A stretch of DNA of 63,324 nucleotides, the filler included, from Octopus bimaculoides (lineage: Eukaryota): the NCBI RefSeq assembly GCF_001194135.2. It is 5 parts of 4 records of this genome, joined end to end, with 100 filler letters (N's around TTAATTAATTAA, not from the genome) between each part and the next. Parts side by side here need not be neighbours in the genome. Positions count along the whole stretch, not along the records: positions 50,421 to 61,672 come from NC_068990.1; positions 61,773 to 63,324 come from NC_068981.1; 3 more parts are not named here. One strand, given 5' to 3'. This document shows positions 51,792 through 63,324 of this stretch, one piece after another. The number at the start of each line of letters is the position of its first letter. Positions within the stretch are counted from its first letter, which is position 1. Made by a program: the position numbers and the translations under genes. Under the pieces are notes generated by a model. That model searched no databases. It worked only from the letters and a program-made list of their open reading frames with translations, and was not told the DNA's origin.

Positions 51792-53392
51792 CTAATTTCT
51801 TTTTATAATTTTTAAAACATGGTGGTTCCCCCTTTATATTGAAATAACCCGATAAAATTTATTCCCTAGACCGTTGCTAGATCTTCTACCTGCGGACTTC
51901 GAAGCCCTATGATTAAATAATTTATGTTTTTAATATATTGGTCTTCCAGACTTCTTCTCTAGGCCATATTTTCTTTCCTATTCCCTTTTCCTTTTGTTTA
52001 TTCTGGACGCTTTTGTATTCACTCTGATGAAGCTCCGTGCTCTAGTTCGAAAGTCCTATGAAGATGAAGAATATTATTTTCGCAATTCTTTGTAGGCACT
52101 GACTGGTATCGAAGCGGAAACGGCCGTAAGAATTATTATGTCACATAAATGTTATGTCATGGTTTGTATTAAATAATAAGCTTTAGATGTCGGCCAATTG
52201 ATTTCCTTGTTGATCTGAAGTTTTCTACATTTTCTGATTATTTATATTTGTTTATTCTGTTGTTACCTGTACTCTACGAGCAGAGTGCACCTGCATACGC
52301 ATGCCCAGAGATAGCACAGGTAACTGATACCGATAGTATATACGGATATTTTACCGCTTAGTCGGTTATTATAACCGCTAACTCTGCTTATATATATATA
52401 TATNNNNNNNNNNNNNNNNNNNNNNNNNNNNNNNNNNNNNNNNNNNNNNNNNNNNNNNNNNNNNNNNNNNNNNNNNNNNNNNNNNNNNNNNNNNNNNNNN
52501 NNNNNNNNNNNNNNNNNNNNNNNNNNNNNNNNNNNNNNNNNNNNNNNNNNNNNNNNNNNNNNNNNNNNNNNNNNNNNNNNNNNNNNNNNNNNNNNNNNNN
52601 NNNNNNNNNNNNNNNNNNNNNNNNNNNNNNNNNNNNNNNNNNNNNNNNNNNNNNNNNNNNNNNNNNNNNNNNNNNNNNNNNNNNNNNNNNNNNNNNNNNN
52701 NNNNNNNNNNNNNNNNNNNNNNNNNNNNNNNNNNNNNNNNNNNNNNNNNNNNNNNNNNNNNNNNNNNNNNNNNNNNNNNNNNNNNNNNNNNNNNNNNNNN
52801 NNNNNNNNNNNNNNNNNNNNNNNNNNNNNNNNNNNNNNNNNNNNNNNNNNNNNNNNNNNNNNNNNNNNNNNNNNNNNNNNNNNNNNNNNNNNNNNNNNNN
52901 NNNNNNNNNNNNNNNNNNNNNNNNNNNNNNNNNNNNNNNNNNNNNNNNNNNNNNNNNNNNNNNNNNNNNNNNNNNNNNNNNNNNNNNNNNNNNNNNNNNN
53001 NNNNNNNNNNNNNNNNNNNNNNNNNNNNNNNNNNNNNNNNNNNNNNNNNNNNNNNNNNNNNNNNNNNNNNNNNNNNNNNNNNNNNNNNNNNNNNNNNNNN
53101 NNNNNNNNNNNNNNNNNNNNNNNNNNNNNNNNNNNNNNNNNNNNNNNNNNNNNNNNNNNNNATAGACAATAAGAATGAGAGACGAAAGTGGAATAAGAAT
53201 AAGAATAAAACTAAAAAAGGGGGAGAAGAAGATCAATTGAGAAATGAAAGAAGAAAATGAACGTTGGAAGCAAATGGTGGGGAGATATCGGGGAAGATGG
53301 AGAGAAAGGATGAGGAAAAACCGTTCTTAGGGGGTCATGGCTGCCAAAAACTTGCATGATGTTTCTCTCTGTGTAAGGGTGGGTTTGTGTGC

Positions 53393-53396
53393 GTGC

Positions 53397-53435
<39 letters not shown>

Positions 53436-53725
53436 TGTGAGTGTTTGTTTGTGTATGTTAGTGTGTTTGTGTATTTGTGTGTGTTTATGCTTGTGCGTGT
53501 GTTTGTGTATGTGTGTTTGTGTGTGTGCGTGTTTGTGAGTGTTTGTGTGTGTGCTTGTGCGTGTGTGCGTGTTTGTGTGTGTATGCTTGTGTATGTGTGT
53601 TTGTGTGTGTTTATGTGTGCGTGTGCATTTGTGCGTGTGGGAGTGTGTCCGTGTGTATGTGTGTATGCGTGTGTGTGTTTGTGTGTGCGTGTGCGTATAT
53701 GTGTATATGTGTGTGTCTGTCTGTC

Positions 53726-53769
<44 letters not shown>

Positions 53770-53924
53770 NNNNNNNNNNNNNNNNNNNNNNNNNNNNNNN
53801 NNNNNNNNNNNNNNNNNNNNNNNNNNNNNNNNNNNNNNNNNNNNNNNNNNNNNNNNNNNNNNNNNNNNNNNNNNNNNNNNNNNNNNNNNNNNNNNNNNNN
53901 NNNNNNNNNNNNNNNNNNNNNNNN

Positions 53925-53970
<46 letters not shown>
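53393..53970. repeat. Long degenerate (GT)n/(GA)n tract
   Basis: Direct reading. Confidence 0.95.
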
Positions 53971-54567
53971 GTGTGTATGTGCAAGCTTCTTTTTTTTCTC
54001 CTTCGCACTTTTATCTTTCTTCGGTCTTTGAAGAATGATGGCAGCATTAACCATGCGTATTCATGCATTCGTTTCAAATATGTCAGTAACCATACATAGG
54101 TGTAAGTGTACACAGCTATATATATTTATTTATATACATATATATATACATACATACATGCATACATGTATATATAGAGAGAGAGGGAGCTATGTATGCT
54201 TGTGTTGCATGTGTGCATAGGTATATATGTGTGTATTTGTATGAGCATATTTTTTGCCTACACAGCACAAGTTATTTATCCGTGTGTATATCTGTATGCA
54301 TAGCTAGATAAAACAGACGTATTATCTAGCTATCTAAATATCTACCAAAGCATGTATGTATATTTGTATGTGTGGTCGTAATACCTGCGTGTATAACATT
54401 TTGACACTAAAATGTTACGCGTCACACCGCTGGCAATTCTAGAAATATATTTTTGCCACCGTGGGGTAATATCAGGAAATATGACATTCATCTATACAAT
54501 AAAAATTTTATTTTTATCAAATTTTATGGCGCTTTTGCTAAATGATACTCAATTAACACAAATTTTC

Positions 54568-54598
<31 letters not shown>

Positions 54599-54859
54599 TT
54601 ATCTTAAAATATAATTAAATAAAACGAATCTTATTTGTATAACTCCTTCCGTAACCATTCTGATCTTTACTCCCCTTCATCTTCCTGTTCCTGCCATCAA
54701 GCCTAGTATGTGCACCCATCCTACGCGTAAGATGTTAACTTTCTTTGTATCGTTCTTTTACTCTCCTTTACCCCTTCCCGTTATGCGATATGACGTGTAA
54801 CTTCAGAAACCAGCCAGCGAACCAACAGTATTTACCTCAGTTATTATCATTATTATTAT

Positions 54860-55000
54860 TGAGTGACAGAGCAGTACATGCCACCAAAGTGTTGTAGCCC
54901 ATCTTTTATACCAAGACAAAACAGTGTACACGATACCACTTCCAATCAGTTAAGATAAGAAGCCATGAGAGCCACTGCCTGGTACTGCATCAGGGCATTT
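54860..55000 (-). mobile_element. Short LINE-type 3' end between two (AAT)n tracts
   Basis: Homologous to 45143-45225; (AAT)n on both sides. Confidence 0.6.
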
Positions 55001-55015
55001 ATTATCATTATCATA

Positions 55016-55074
<59 letters not shown>

Positions 55075-55204
55075 CATTATCGTTATTATTATCATCATCA
55101 CCATCTCCATCATCACCATCTCCATCATCACCATCACCATTACCATAATCATCATCATCATCATCATCATCATTATTGTTATTATTATTATTGTTGTTAA
55201 AATT

Positions 55205-55790
55205 TTGTTTCCATTTCTTGCTGAGTGTGTTCCCGACACCTAGGGCAAAGAAACTCACTGCATACATCGGTAGACCATTACAATAAACACACTGGATTGT
55301 CCATTTACAAAGTCAAGTTATGTGATAGGGAAAAAGGGGAAGAAAGACAGAAAAAGGAAGGAAGAAGAAGAAAAAATAGGAAAAATGAAGAAAGAAAACG
55401 AAGAAAATGAAAAGGAGAGAAAAAGAGAGAAAATTTACAGCGACAATGTCCTTCTTATTATGTGTGACCAGTTACCAGTTAAGACAAATCTTTTGCACTT
55501 CCTGCTTGGATGGTAAGCCAGGGATCATTCGCAAATAATTTTCAATTTCTTTTTCGATCATTCCAAGTTCTCCTACAATCACTTGTATTGTAACCATCTT
55601 GAGACGCCACACTTTCTCGATTTCAATCAGCAAATCTTTATATTTTCTGAGCTTATCATATTTCTTTGCCGAGATATTATGATCACGTGATATGCTCATA
55701 TCAATCAGTAAACAGATCTTTATTGTTTTGGTCTTTCACAACAATATCTAGTTTATTAGCTTTGATGGTCCCAAAGAATCGTCACCCTTT
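55205..55790 (-). pseudogene. R4/Dong-clade LINE RLE fragment and 3'UTR
   Basis: LIDMSISRDHNISAKKYDKLRKYKDLLIEIEKVWRLK...VIVGELG...QEVQKI; 3' end shared with 61255-61300; long (AAT/GAT)n tail. Confidence 0.85.
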
Positions 55791-55902
55791 CTTCCCTCAA
55801 TTACGACTTCAAGGTGATGCTTATACCATTTGTCAGCAGTTTTCATTTTATACTGCCGACATATTAACAATGTAGATATTGACCAACTTTGTTATGTCTT
55901 CG

Positions 55903-55958
<56 letters not shown>

Positions 55959-56038
55959 NNNNNNNNNNACAGAAATAAGCAGAGAGAGAAAATGAAAAAA
56001 GGTTTAGTGGCTAGCGATCAACACACACACACACACAC

Positions 56039-56535
56039 ATAAATAAGGTTGCAAAATAGTACCTACAATTGCTAGAAATAAGAGCTAAATACTATAACTC
56101 GAATAGCCACACAAAGTCACTAACCCAATGTGATGTTCAAAGCGACTGCGAGCGGCAAGTCACAGAATCTTTCTCCAGCGAGATAAAACTCGCTGAATGA
56201 TATAATTTGATAAGACCCTATCATATAATTTCGAAATTTAACCAATAAGGTTTCGTTTCTCTTCAGGGGGTTCCACAAATTACTCCGGGTTAAAGAGATA
56301 GCTTGCTTCCCATTAGCTCATGAGGGAAAATAACCGTTGAACAGCAAGCGCCAAACTTCAAAGCCGTTTGAGCGTATATAAACAAACAATAAGAGATGGA
56401 AAAAGATGTTGTGGTTTGCCGCACACAGTCTCTTTGAACATCTCATGAGGTTAGTGACTTTGTGTGGCTATTCGAGTTATAGTTTTTAGCTCTTATTTCT
56501 AGTAAGTGTAGGTGCTATTTTGCACCCTTATCTAT
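56039..56535. mobile_element. MITE with ~120-bp terminal inverted repeats
   Basis: Arms 56039-56158 and 56416-56535 are reverse complements at about 90% identity; 257-bp non-coding interior. Confidence 0.85.
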
Positions 56536-56734
56536 GTATTCTTCCTTTTTGCCATAAATTGCTGTAGCCACCTATATTATAACGTATTTAATATATCATA
56601 TTTATCGTTATATCTTATTGTATATTTATATATATAAAGTCTTTTTTAAGTGTGTTGCATTGTGCTGACAGATTTGCATTTAAAATTCCGGCATTTTAAA
56701 TCAAACCTTGTTAGTTACTATGCTGACAACATTA

Positions 56735-56819
<85 letters not shown>

Positions 56820-57029
56820 TACACACTCATTCATTCACTGTATTTCTCTCTCAACAACAATTTTTTTTACCTCCCCTTCTAAAAAGACATTATGACGTAT
56901 ATTTTGATACGTCCCCTTCTCTCTCTACTCGTAATAGACGTTGCGATGGACGGACAGATTCACTTCTCTCTTATAATATAAGATTATTATTAGTAGTAGT
57001 AGTAGTAGCAGTAGTAGTAGTAGTAGTAA

Positions 57030-57425
57030 GGCGGCGAGCTGGCAGAAACGTTAGCACGCCGGGCGAAATGCTTAGCGGTATTTCGTCTGCCGTTACGTTC
57101 TGAGTTCAAATTCCGCCGAGGTCGACTTTGCCTTTCATCCTTTCGGGGTCGATAAATTAAGTACCAGTTACGCACTGGGGTCGATGTAATCGACTTAATC
57201 CGTTCGTCTGTTCTTGTTTGTTCCCTCTATGTTTAGCCCCTTGTGGGCAATAACGAAATAGGTATTTCGTCTGTCTTTACGTCCTGAGTTCAAATTTCGC
57301 CGAGGTCGACGTTGCCTTTCATCCTTTCGAAGGTTGATAAATTAATTACGAGCTGTTTACTGGGGTCGATCTAATTGACTGGCTCCCATCCCAAAAATTT
57401 GGGGCCTAGAATAGAAAAGAATTAT
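57030..57425 (+). mobile_element. tRNA-derived SINE family 2, full dimeric form
   Basis: Head GGCGGCGAGCTGGCAGAA, B-box GAGTTCAAATTCC; core repeated at 57079-57200 and 57262-57380; (ATT)n tail. Confidence 0.9.
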
Positions 57426-57450
57426 TATTATTATTATTATTATTATTATT

Positions 57451-57765
57451 TTATCACGTACTTTCACTGCACTACCGAGAGCAGCTCTGTGTGGCTTGTG
57501 TATGTGCTGTGGTTTGTTGTGGTGCTCATACTTTCACTGTATTGAAAGTGTTTTACATAGGATATGTACGGTGCCTAATGGTGCTATTTTCTGTATGTTA
57601 TAAACATTTGTAAGTTCTGATGCTTTTGTTATGTATTAGTCTGAATATTTTTTTATTATACCTACTACGCCCACTATGAGAGGAATTGTTTCTGTTTTTA
57701 GGCTCCACTTTCGAGTTACTTCCATTTCCATATCTTTGTATTTTGAGACTTTCTCCGTTTCTTTT
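57451..57765 (-). pseudogene. R4/Dong-clade LINE 3' fragment inside (TAA)n
   Basis: KETEKVSKYKDMEMEVTRKWSLKTETIPLIVGVVG...IQKIAPLGTVHILCKTLSIQ*; (TAA)n on both sides. Confidence 0.85.
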
Positions 57766-57772
57766 ATTATTA

Positions 57773-57818
<46 letters not shown>

Positions 57819-58349
57819 CATTATATCAAACATACACCCCAAAGCTGATCGCGAGCAAGCGCACACTCACACACTGCCAGATACATAGACACAAGAAAGA
57901 CACACGCACATACATAGAAACACAAGACATGGAAAGATAAACATACACAAGACACTATGTAGACATATAAAGAAACACTTGCACACACACACGCACACGC
58001 ACCTACATACAAACATGTAGTTTATTTTGTGTTGTTCGCTAAACAATAAATCTTCATAAAATATGATGGCTTATGATTTGCCGGATTATGAGATCCATTA
58101 CGTATTGTTAATCTGAAATAAATTTAATTTAAATTTGATTAACCAAAATAATCCGCAATTTTCAGATTTTATTCCTAAGTCAATGTTTGTATGTATATGC
58201 TTGTTTGTATATTTCTATGTATGTGTGCATGTTTGTATACATATGTTTCTATGCATATAAGTGTATGTATAATATGTACATCATCATCATCGTCGTCGTC
58301 ATCCTTCATTTACCATCCATTTTTCATGGTGGCATGGGACATGTACCTG

Positions 58350-58380
<31 letters not shown>

Positions 58381-58413
58381 ATATAGATAGATAGATAGAT
58401 AGATACACCACAA

Positions 58414-58452
<39 letters not shown>

Positions 58453-58502
58453 CATATAAATATATTTACATTTATGAATATATGTATTTATAGTTGTATG
58501 TA

Positions 58503-58828
58503 GTGAAGGCACGTGGCTTAGTGGTTAAGGCATTCGGCTCACGATCGCAAGGTCGTGAGTTCAACTCTCGGTGTCGCGCTTTGTCCTTAAGTAACACACT
58601 TTATTTCATGTTGCTCCAGTCCACTCAGCTGGCTCAAAATGAGTAGTACCTGTAATTCAAAGGGCCAGCCTTGTCTCACCCTGTGTCACGCTGAATCTCC
58701 TTGAGAACTACGTTAAGGGTACACATGTCTGTGGAGTACTCAGCCACTTGCAAGTTAATATCACGAGCAAGCTGTTCCATTGAGCGTATCACCTGGGACC
58801 CACGTCGTCGTAACCGACGGAGTGCACC
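58503..58828 (+). mobile_element. tRNA-derived SINE family 3
   Basis: TGGCTTAGTGG A box, GAGTTCAACTC B box; 3' half as 7760-7934. Confidence 0.9.
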
Positions 58829-60689
58829 TGTATGTGTATGTGTAGTACATATGTATTTATGTAAAACTGTATGTATAGATGTATGTGTTCTATGTAATCT
58901 ATGCACACACATATATGTGTGTGTGTGTGTGTACGTATGTAAGTGGTACGTAGATAGGTATAATACGTAGGTAAGGATGTCTCGTGCTCGAAGGAAGCTG
59001 GGTTCAAACGTAACTTTGTTTTATGCATCTTTCCTCTCTAATTTCATAATACCTTTCAGTTTTTATACACACATACACACATGCACGCACACATACACAC
59101 ACACACACACATATGTATGTATATATACGCACACATATGTATACACACACATCTATCCATATATGTATGTATGCACACAACCAAAGACAAATTTAAATGT
59201 AGGCGCAAAAACACAGCAAAAACCTACACAACACATGCATGTATATACACACACTCACGCCTACATAAACACATGCACACACATTCATGCACACATACGT
59301 GAAAAGTCTTCAGTAACAGCAGCAGCAGCTGCCATTAACGAACTTTCTGCAGAAACTGGAACCGTAGGAAAGGAAAACTGCCGCATTTATTATGGGGACT
59401 GGATTTAAATAGGATTCCATTTATTTCCAGAAACTGGAAGTCAATAATTATGGCCTGCTTTATCGCTACTCAAACAGTTTGAATTAAAGTATATTTTTAA
59501 ATCTTCTTGAAGAATCCCACATCAACAAAAATGAGTCAGAAAAAACTATTTTATGTATTTTTTATTTTTCATTGAACAAGGAGGAAGTTTAATGGTTTTA
59601 GGATTTGCTATGTTATGAGTTTCTTTAACTGCTGATAAGAGAAATTAGTTTGCCCTTAAATTGTATCTATTTGAATAATAATTATATTTGTTCAGAAAAA
59701 CTCCTGAGCGATGCATGTGAGGAATTAGGTAAAATATGCGAGGTTACGTCAATAAATGTGAGCAAAGAGAAGAATGAACATTGTATTATCTGAGTAGTTT
59801 AATGATCCTGTAAATTTCGGGAAAAGATTCCCCTTTTCAAATAGTAGAAAGAAAATTACCAAAGAGTTTGGAGAAATATGTTGTATTGATAGATTGCTAT
59901 AGGTAACATGTAGTGTGGTGTGGCAACCACAGCAGTAGAAAGTTACGTGACATGGTAAATAAGTTTGGGTGTGTGAAGGAGAGGTAGGAAAGGTCCTAGA
60001 AAATAGATAAGCTTAATGTTTGAGGATAGATGGAGGATTCTTATATAGAAACCGATAGTATTACGTGACAACTGTTATTTATTCTGTTAAACCCCTTCAT
60101 CAACAATGTTAACCTTCAGAAAATAATCACACACCTGATGACAACAGAGATTAAACCGATCGAAATGTAGTGTTGATAAAAATATTATGAACATTTTCAT
60201 TTTCAATGTTTAGGTTCATTGTGAATAAAAATTAATGCGGCACAGGATTTTGTCAGAGAACAGGTCGCGGTTTCAAAGCGACGAAAATATTTTGACAAAT
60301 TAAATTTAAAAGCTGTAGTGAATCTAACGGTTTTTGTATCTTTTTAAATGGCTTATAAACACCTTCCGCGCTGCAATTGTTTTTGTTTCAGCATACGATC
60401 TCAGATCAAGTCACTTGGTATGCAAGTACATCTCCGTAATCAAAATATTATTTAATAACAATTCGTATCTGATATTTTTAAGTTAGACATTTAATAAGCT
60501 TTATAACTTTTAAAAATGAAGCTAAATGTTTTACACGGTAGAGACGTGTGTTAAATAAAAGATGTTTCACACAATAAATTGTGTCCATGTGGACAATATA
60601 CAGCAATCAAAACGATTAGGGCCAATGGTGAGTCTCGTTATTTGTAAAATACAATTCAAATTAACAGATACATTAATTGCTTCTAATTT

Positions 60690-60880
60690 AAGCACAATGC
60701 CGGCAATATTAAAGGCAGGATGTTAATCAATACCACCGAACCCCAATACTTGACTGATACTTTATCTTTATCAACCCCGAAAAGATAAAACAGAATGTTG
60801 ATTACGGTGGAATTTGAACTCAGAAGTAAAGAGCCGGAATTAATGCAGCGAGGTCTTTTTTCCGACACTCTGACGAGTTT
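60690..60880 (-). mobile_element. SINE family 2, degenerate
   Basis: Reverse complement contains TTCTGAGTTCAAATTCCACCG...TTCGGGGTTGATAAA. Confidence 0.6.
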
Positions 60881-61229
60881 ACTAATTGCTTTTTGTTATA
60901 TTGCTCTACCTCCGTCCTGTATAGCTCTTGTTTACTGCTGGGAAGATGTCCTTCCTTGGCTCATCTTCTCAACTACAAACGATGTTGTTTGCAGCAAAAT
61001 TGTTTTTATCATTGCATCCATCATAATTTGCGTTACCCTAAAAAAAATTTGAGATTTCTGACGGTTTTGAGGGTCAGATTTGGTCAACACACCAAAAGCG
61101 ATAGGAGACTGGTGGACTAGCTAACAACCTACCCCTTCTATTGTTGTTGTTGTCGTCGTCGTTGTTGTTGTTGCTGCTGCTACTGCTACTGCAACTGCTG
61201 CTGCTCTTCGTCTTCTTTTTTTTCTTCTT

Positions 61230-61330
61230 TCTCCAAATTTTCTTCCATTTCTCTCCGAGTGTTTTCCGTACACCTAGGGCAGAGAAGCTCATTGTACGCA
61301 TTCCCAGTTTACACACGCAAATTCACAGGT
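61230..61330 (-). mobile_element. R4-type 3' terminal fragment with (AAC/AGC/GAC)n tail
   Basis: GAGTGT.TTCC..ACACCTAGGGCA.AGAA.CTCA shared with 55221-55260. Confidence 0.6.
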
Positions 61331-61455
61331 AAAATACGTATTTAAAAAAAAATAATAAATAAATAAATTCATGAATGGATGTTGTTTTCAAAGCGATAAT
61401 TGCTTATCCCTTAAAATACATCTACGAAGTAGTCTGAGTCAGCAGAAAGGACAGT

Positions 61456-61602
61456 CAAATCCTAGCCTCTCAAATCTAAGACTTACAAATCTTAGCCTCT
61501 CAAATCTTAGCCTCTCAAATCTTAGCCTGTCAAATCTAAGACTTACAAATCTTAGCCTCTCAAATCTTAACCTCTCAAATCTTAGCCTCTCAAATCTTAG
61601 CC
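61456..61602. repeat. 15-bp minisatellite (CAAATCTTAGCCTCT)x10 with 60-bp higher-order repeat, inside a SINE-2 head
   Basis: Units start every 15 nt from 61456; variant CAAATCTAAGACTTA at 61471 and 61531. Confidence 0.95.
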
Positions 61603-62867
61603 CGCCGGATAAAATGCTTGGCGGTATTTCTTCCGGTTTTACGTTCTAAGTTCAAATACCACAGAGGCTGACNNNNNNNNNNNNNNNNNNNNNNNNNNNN
61701 NNNNNNNNNNNNNNNNTTAATTAATTAANNNNNNNNNNNNNNNNNNNNNNNNNNNNNNNNNNNNNNNNNNNNATATATATATATATATGTAGGTATGTAC
61801 ATATATGTATGGATATATGCATATATTCATATATTATTTATATTATTATATATATATATATACATATATATATACATATATATATACATATATATATATA
61901 TATATGTATGTATATATGTATGTATGTATATATATATATATTTTATAATATATTATTATTAACATCAGGAAATCAATATTAGAAAGTTCATCGGAAAGAT
62001 ATATGCATGTGTAGAATAATTGTTGTATTAGAACTATATGTAAAAATATATGTAAATATTTAAGTATAAATATATAATATAATAATAATAAATATGTCAG
62101 TTTAAAAATTTTGAATTAAGTTTTAAAGCATCCTACAATCGTTTCACAAAAGCGCTGTCCTAATAATGGAATCGTATATTGCTAAGCATTTATAGACAAC
62201 TCTTCTGCTCTTCAGAGATATAAAATTTTGAATTTGTATAGTTTATCGAATGGTATTTTTTTTTTTAAGTATGAAGTAATATTATAAAAAGGTATTTGTT
62301 TGAAATATAAATCAAATATTAAAAATTAAAAATTACTGCTTTGCATTTTGTTAAGTACACTTTAGTATGAGACTTTAATCTATATTTTCTTCCTTGGTTG
62401 GTCTTCTGTAATAATCCATAATAGTTATGTGTAAAGCAGATAATATAATGGATTTTACACATAACTATTATGTATATAAATATAAGGGTAAAATGAATTA
62501 ATGAAATTAATTAATCAATCAATTAATCAATAATTTTACCAAGTAGATCGGTATGTTAAAATAACCTTTATAGGTAAAATTATACAAATATTCTATAATT
62601 ATAAACATAATTATAATTAGGGGTCAGCTAATTGCTTCACCACATACCAAATTTAGAAATAGGAGTTAAAAATTCCTTTTCTACTACTGTTAGAATCTCC
62701 ACGATAGTAACACCCTTTTTCATGTAGGCAAAGAGGAAAACAATGAAACAACAAGACTCTGATTAGCCAGAAACACATTTCGAGATTAAAGCGTTTTAAT
62801 TACTTATTTCTCTCTTCAGTGTAGCATTTCCAATTATAAAATTTGAAAGTGCTAGGGNNNNNNNNNN

Positions 62868-63320
62868 GATCTGCCAAATTTTCTACAGTTGGATGCCCTT
62901 CCTAATGCAAACCACTCCAAGAGTGTAGTGGGTACTTTTATGAGCTACCGGCACGAGGGTCAGTCATGGTGTACTGGCATCAGCCACACTCAAATGGTGC
63001 TTTGAACGTTCCACTGGCATGGGTGCCAATTAGGTGGTACTGTCATCAGCCACGACAGCGATTTCACTTGCCTCAACAGGTCTTCGCAAGCATATCTCCA
63101 AAGGTCTTGGTCCCTAGTCATTGCTTCGGTGAGGCCCAATGTTCAAAGGCTGTACTTCACCATCTCATCCCAGGTCTTCCTGGGTCTACCCCTTCTGCAT
63201 GTTCCTTCAACTGCTAGGGTGTGACACTTTTTCATACAGCTGTCCTCATTCATTTGCAACACATGACCATACCAGCACAGTCATCTCTCTTGCTCACAAC
63301 ATCTGATGCTTCTTAATATA
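62868..63320 (-). pseudogene. RTE-clade LINE C-terminus and 3'UTR
   Basis: ER*LCWYGHVLQMNEDSCMKKC...GRPRKTWDEMVK..L.TLGLTEAMTRDQDLWR. Confidence 0.9.
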
Positions 63321-63324
63321 TATA

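Noticed and set aside
60910-61037. Minus-strand segment with strong acceptor and GAG|gtagag donor
   Set aside because: All three frames contain stops; could be a UTR exon but nothing supports it
61371-61649. ORF with SNLSL repeats resembling a leucine-rich repeat
   Set aside because: Translation of the 15-bp minisatellite inside a SINE

Overview
Eukaryotic, AT-rich, microsatellite-saturated draft-assembly sequence with many N gaps. The repeat families look like those of an octopus (probably Octopus bimaculoides); this is my recognition, not a database result. No prokaryotic systems, CRISPR arrays, rRNA or true tRNA genes are supported, and almost all entries in the ORF track are microsatellite or gap artefacts. 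The window is mostly intronic/intergenic. It holds at least three tRNA-derived SINE families plus an RTE-tailed short element, and decayed LINEs of the R4/Dong (restriction-like endonuclease), Tx1/L1, RTE, CR1 and Penelope types. DNA transposon remnants include a hAT Buster/Charlie 3' end, an internally deleted DD37D/maT-type mariner, a TTAA piggyBac-type MITE cluster and a 120-bp-TIR MITE. The one convincing host-gene signal is a 120-bp minus-strand exon (30111-30230) encoding a C-x7-C-x4-CC motif typical of small secreted cysteine-rich proteins. About 440 bp downstream of it lies an 83-nt pre-miRNA-shaped hairpin. The strongest system-level pattern is about nine R4/Dong-type 3' fragments sitting in or beside (TAA)n microsatellites, together with SINE/LINE 3'-tail sharing visible inside the window.
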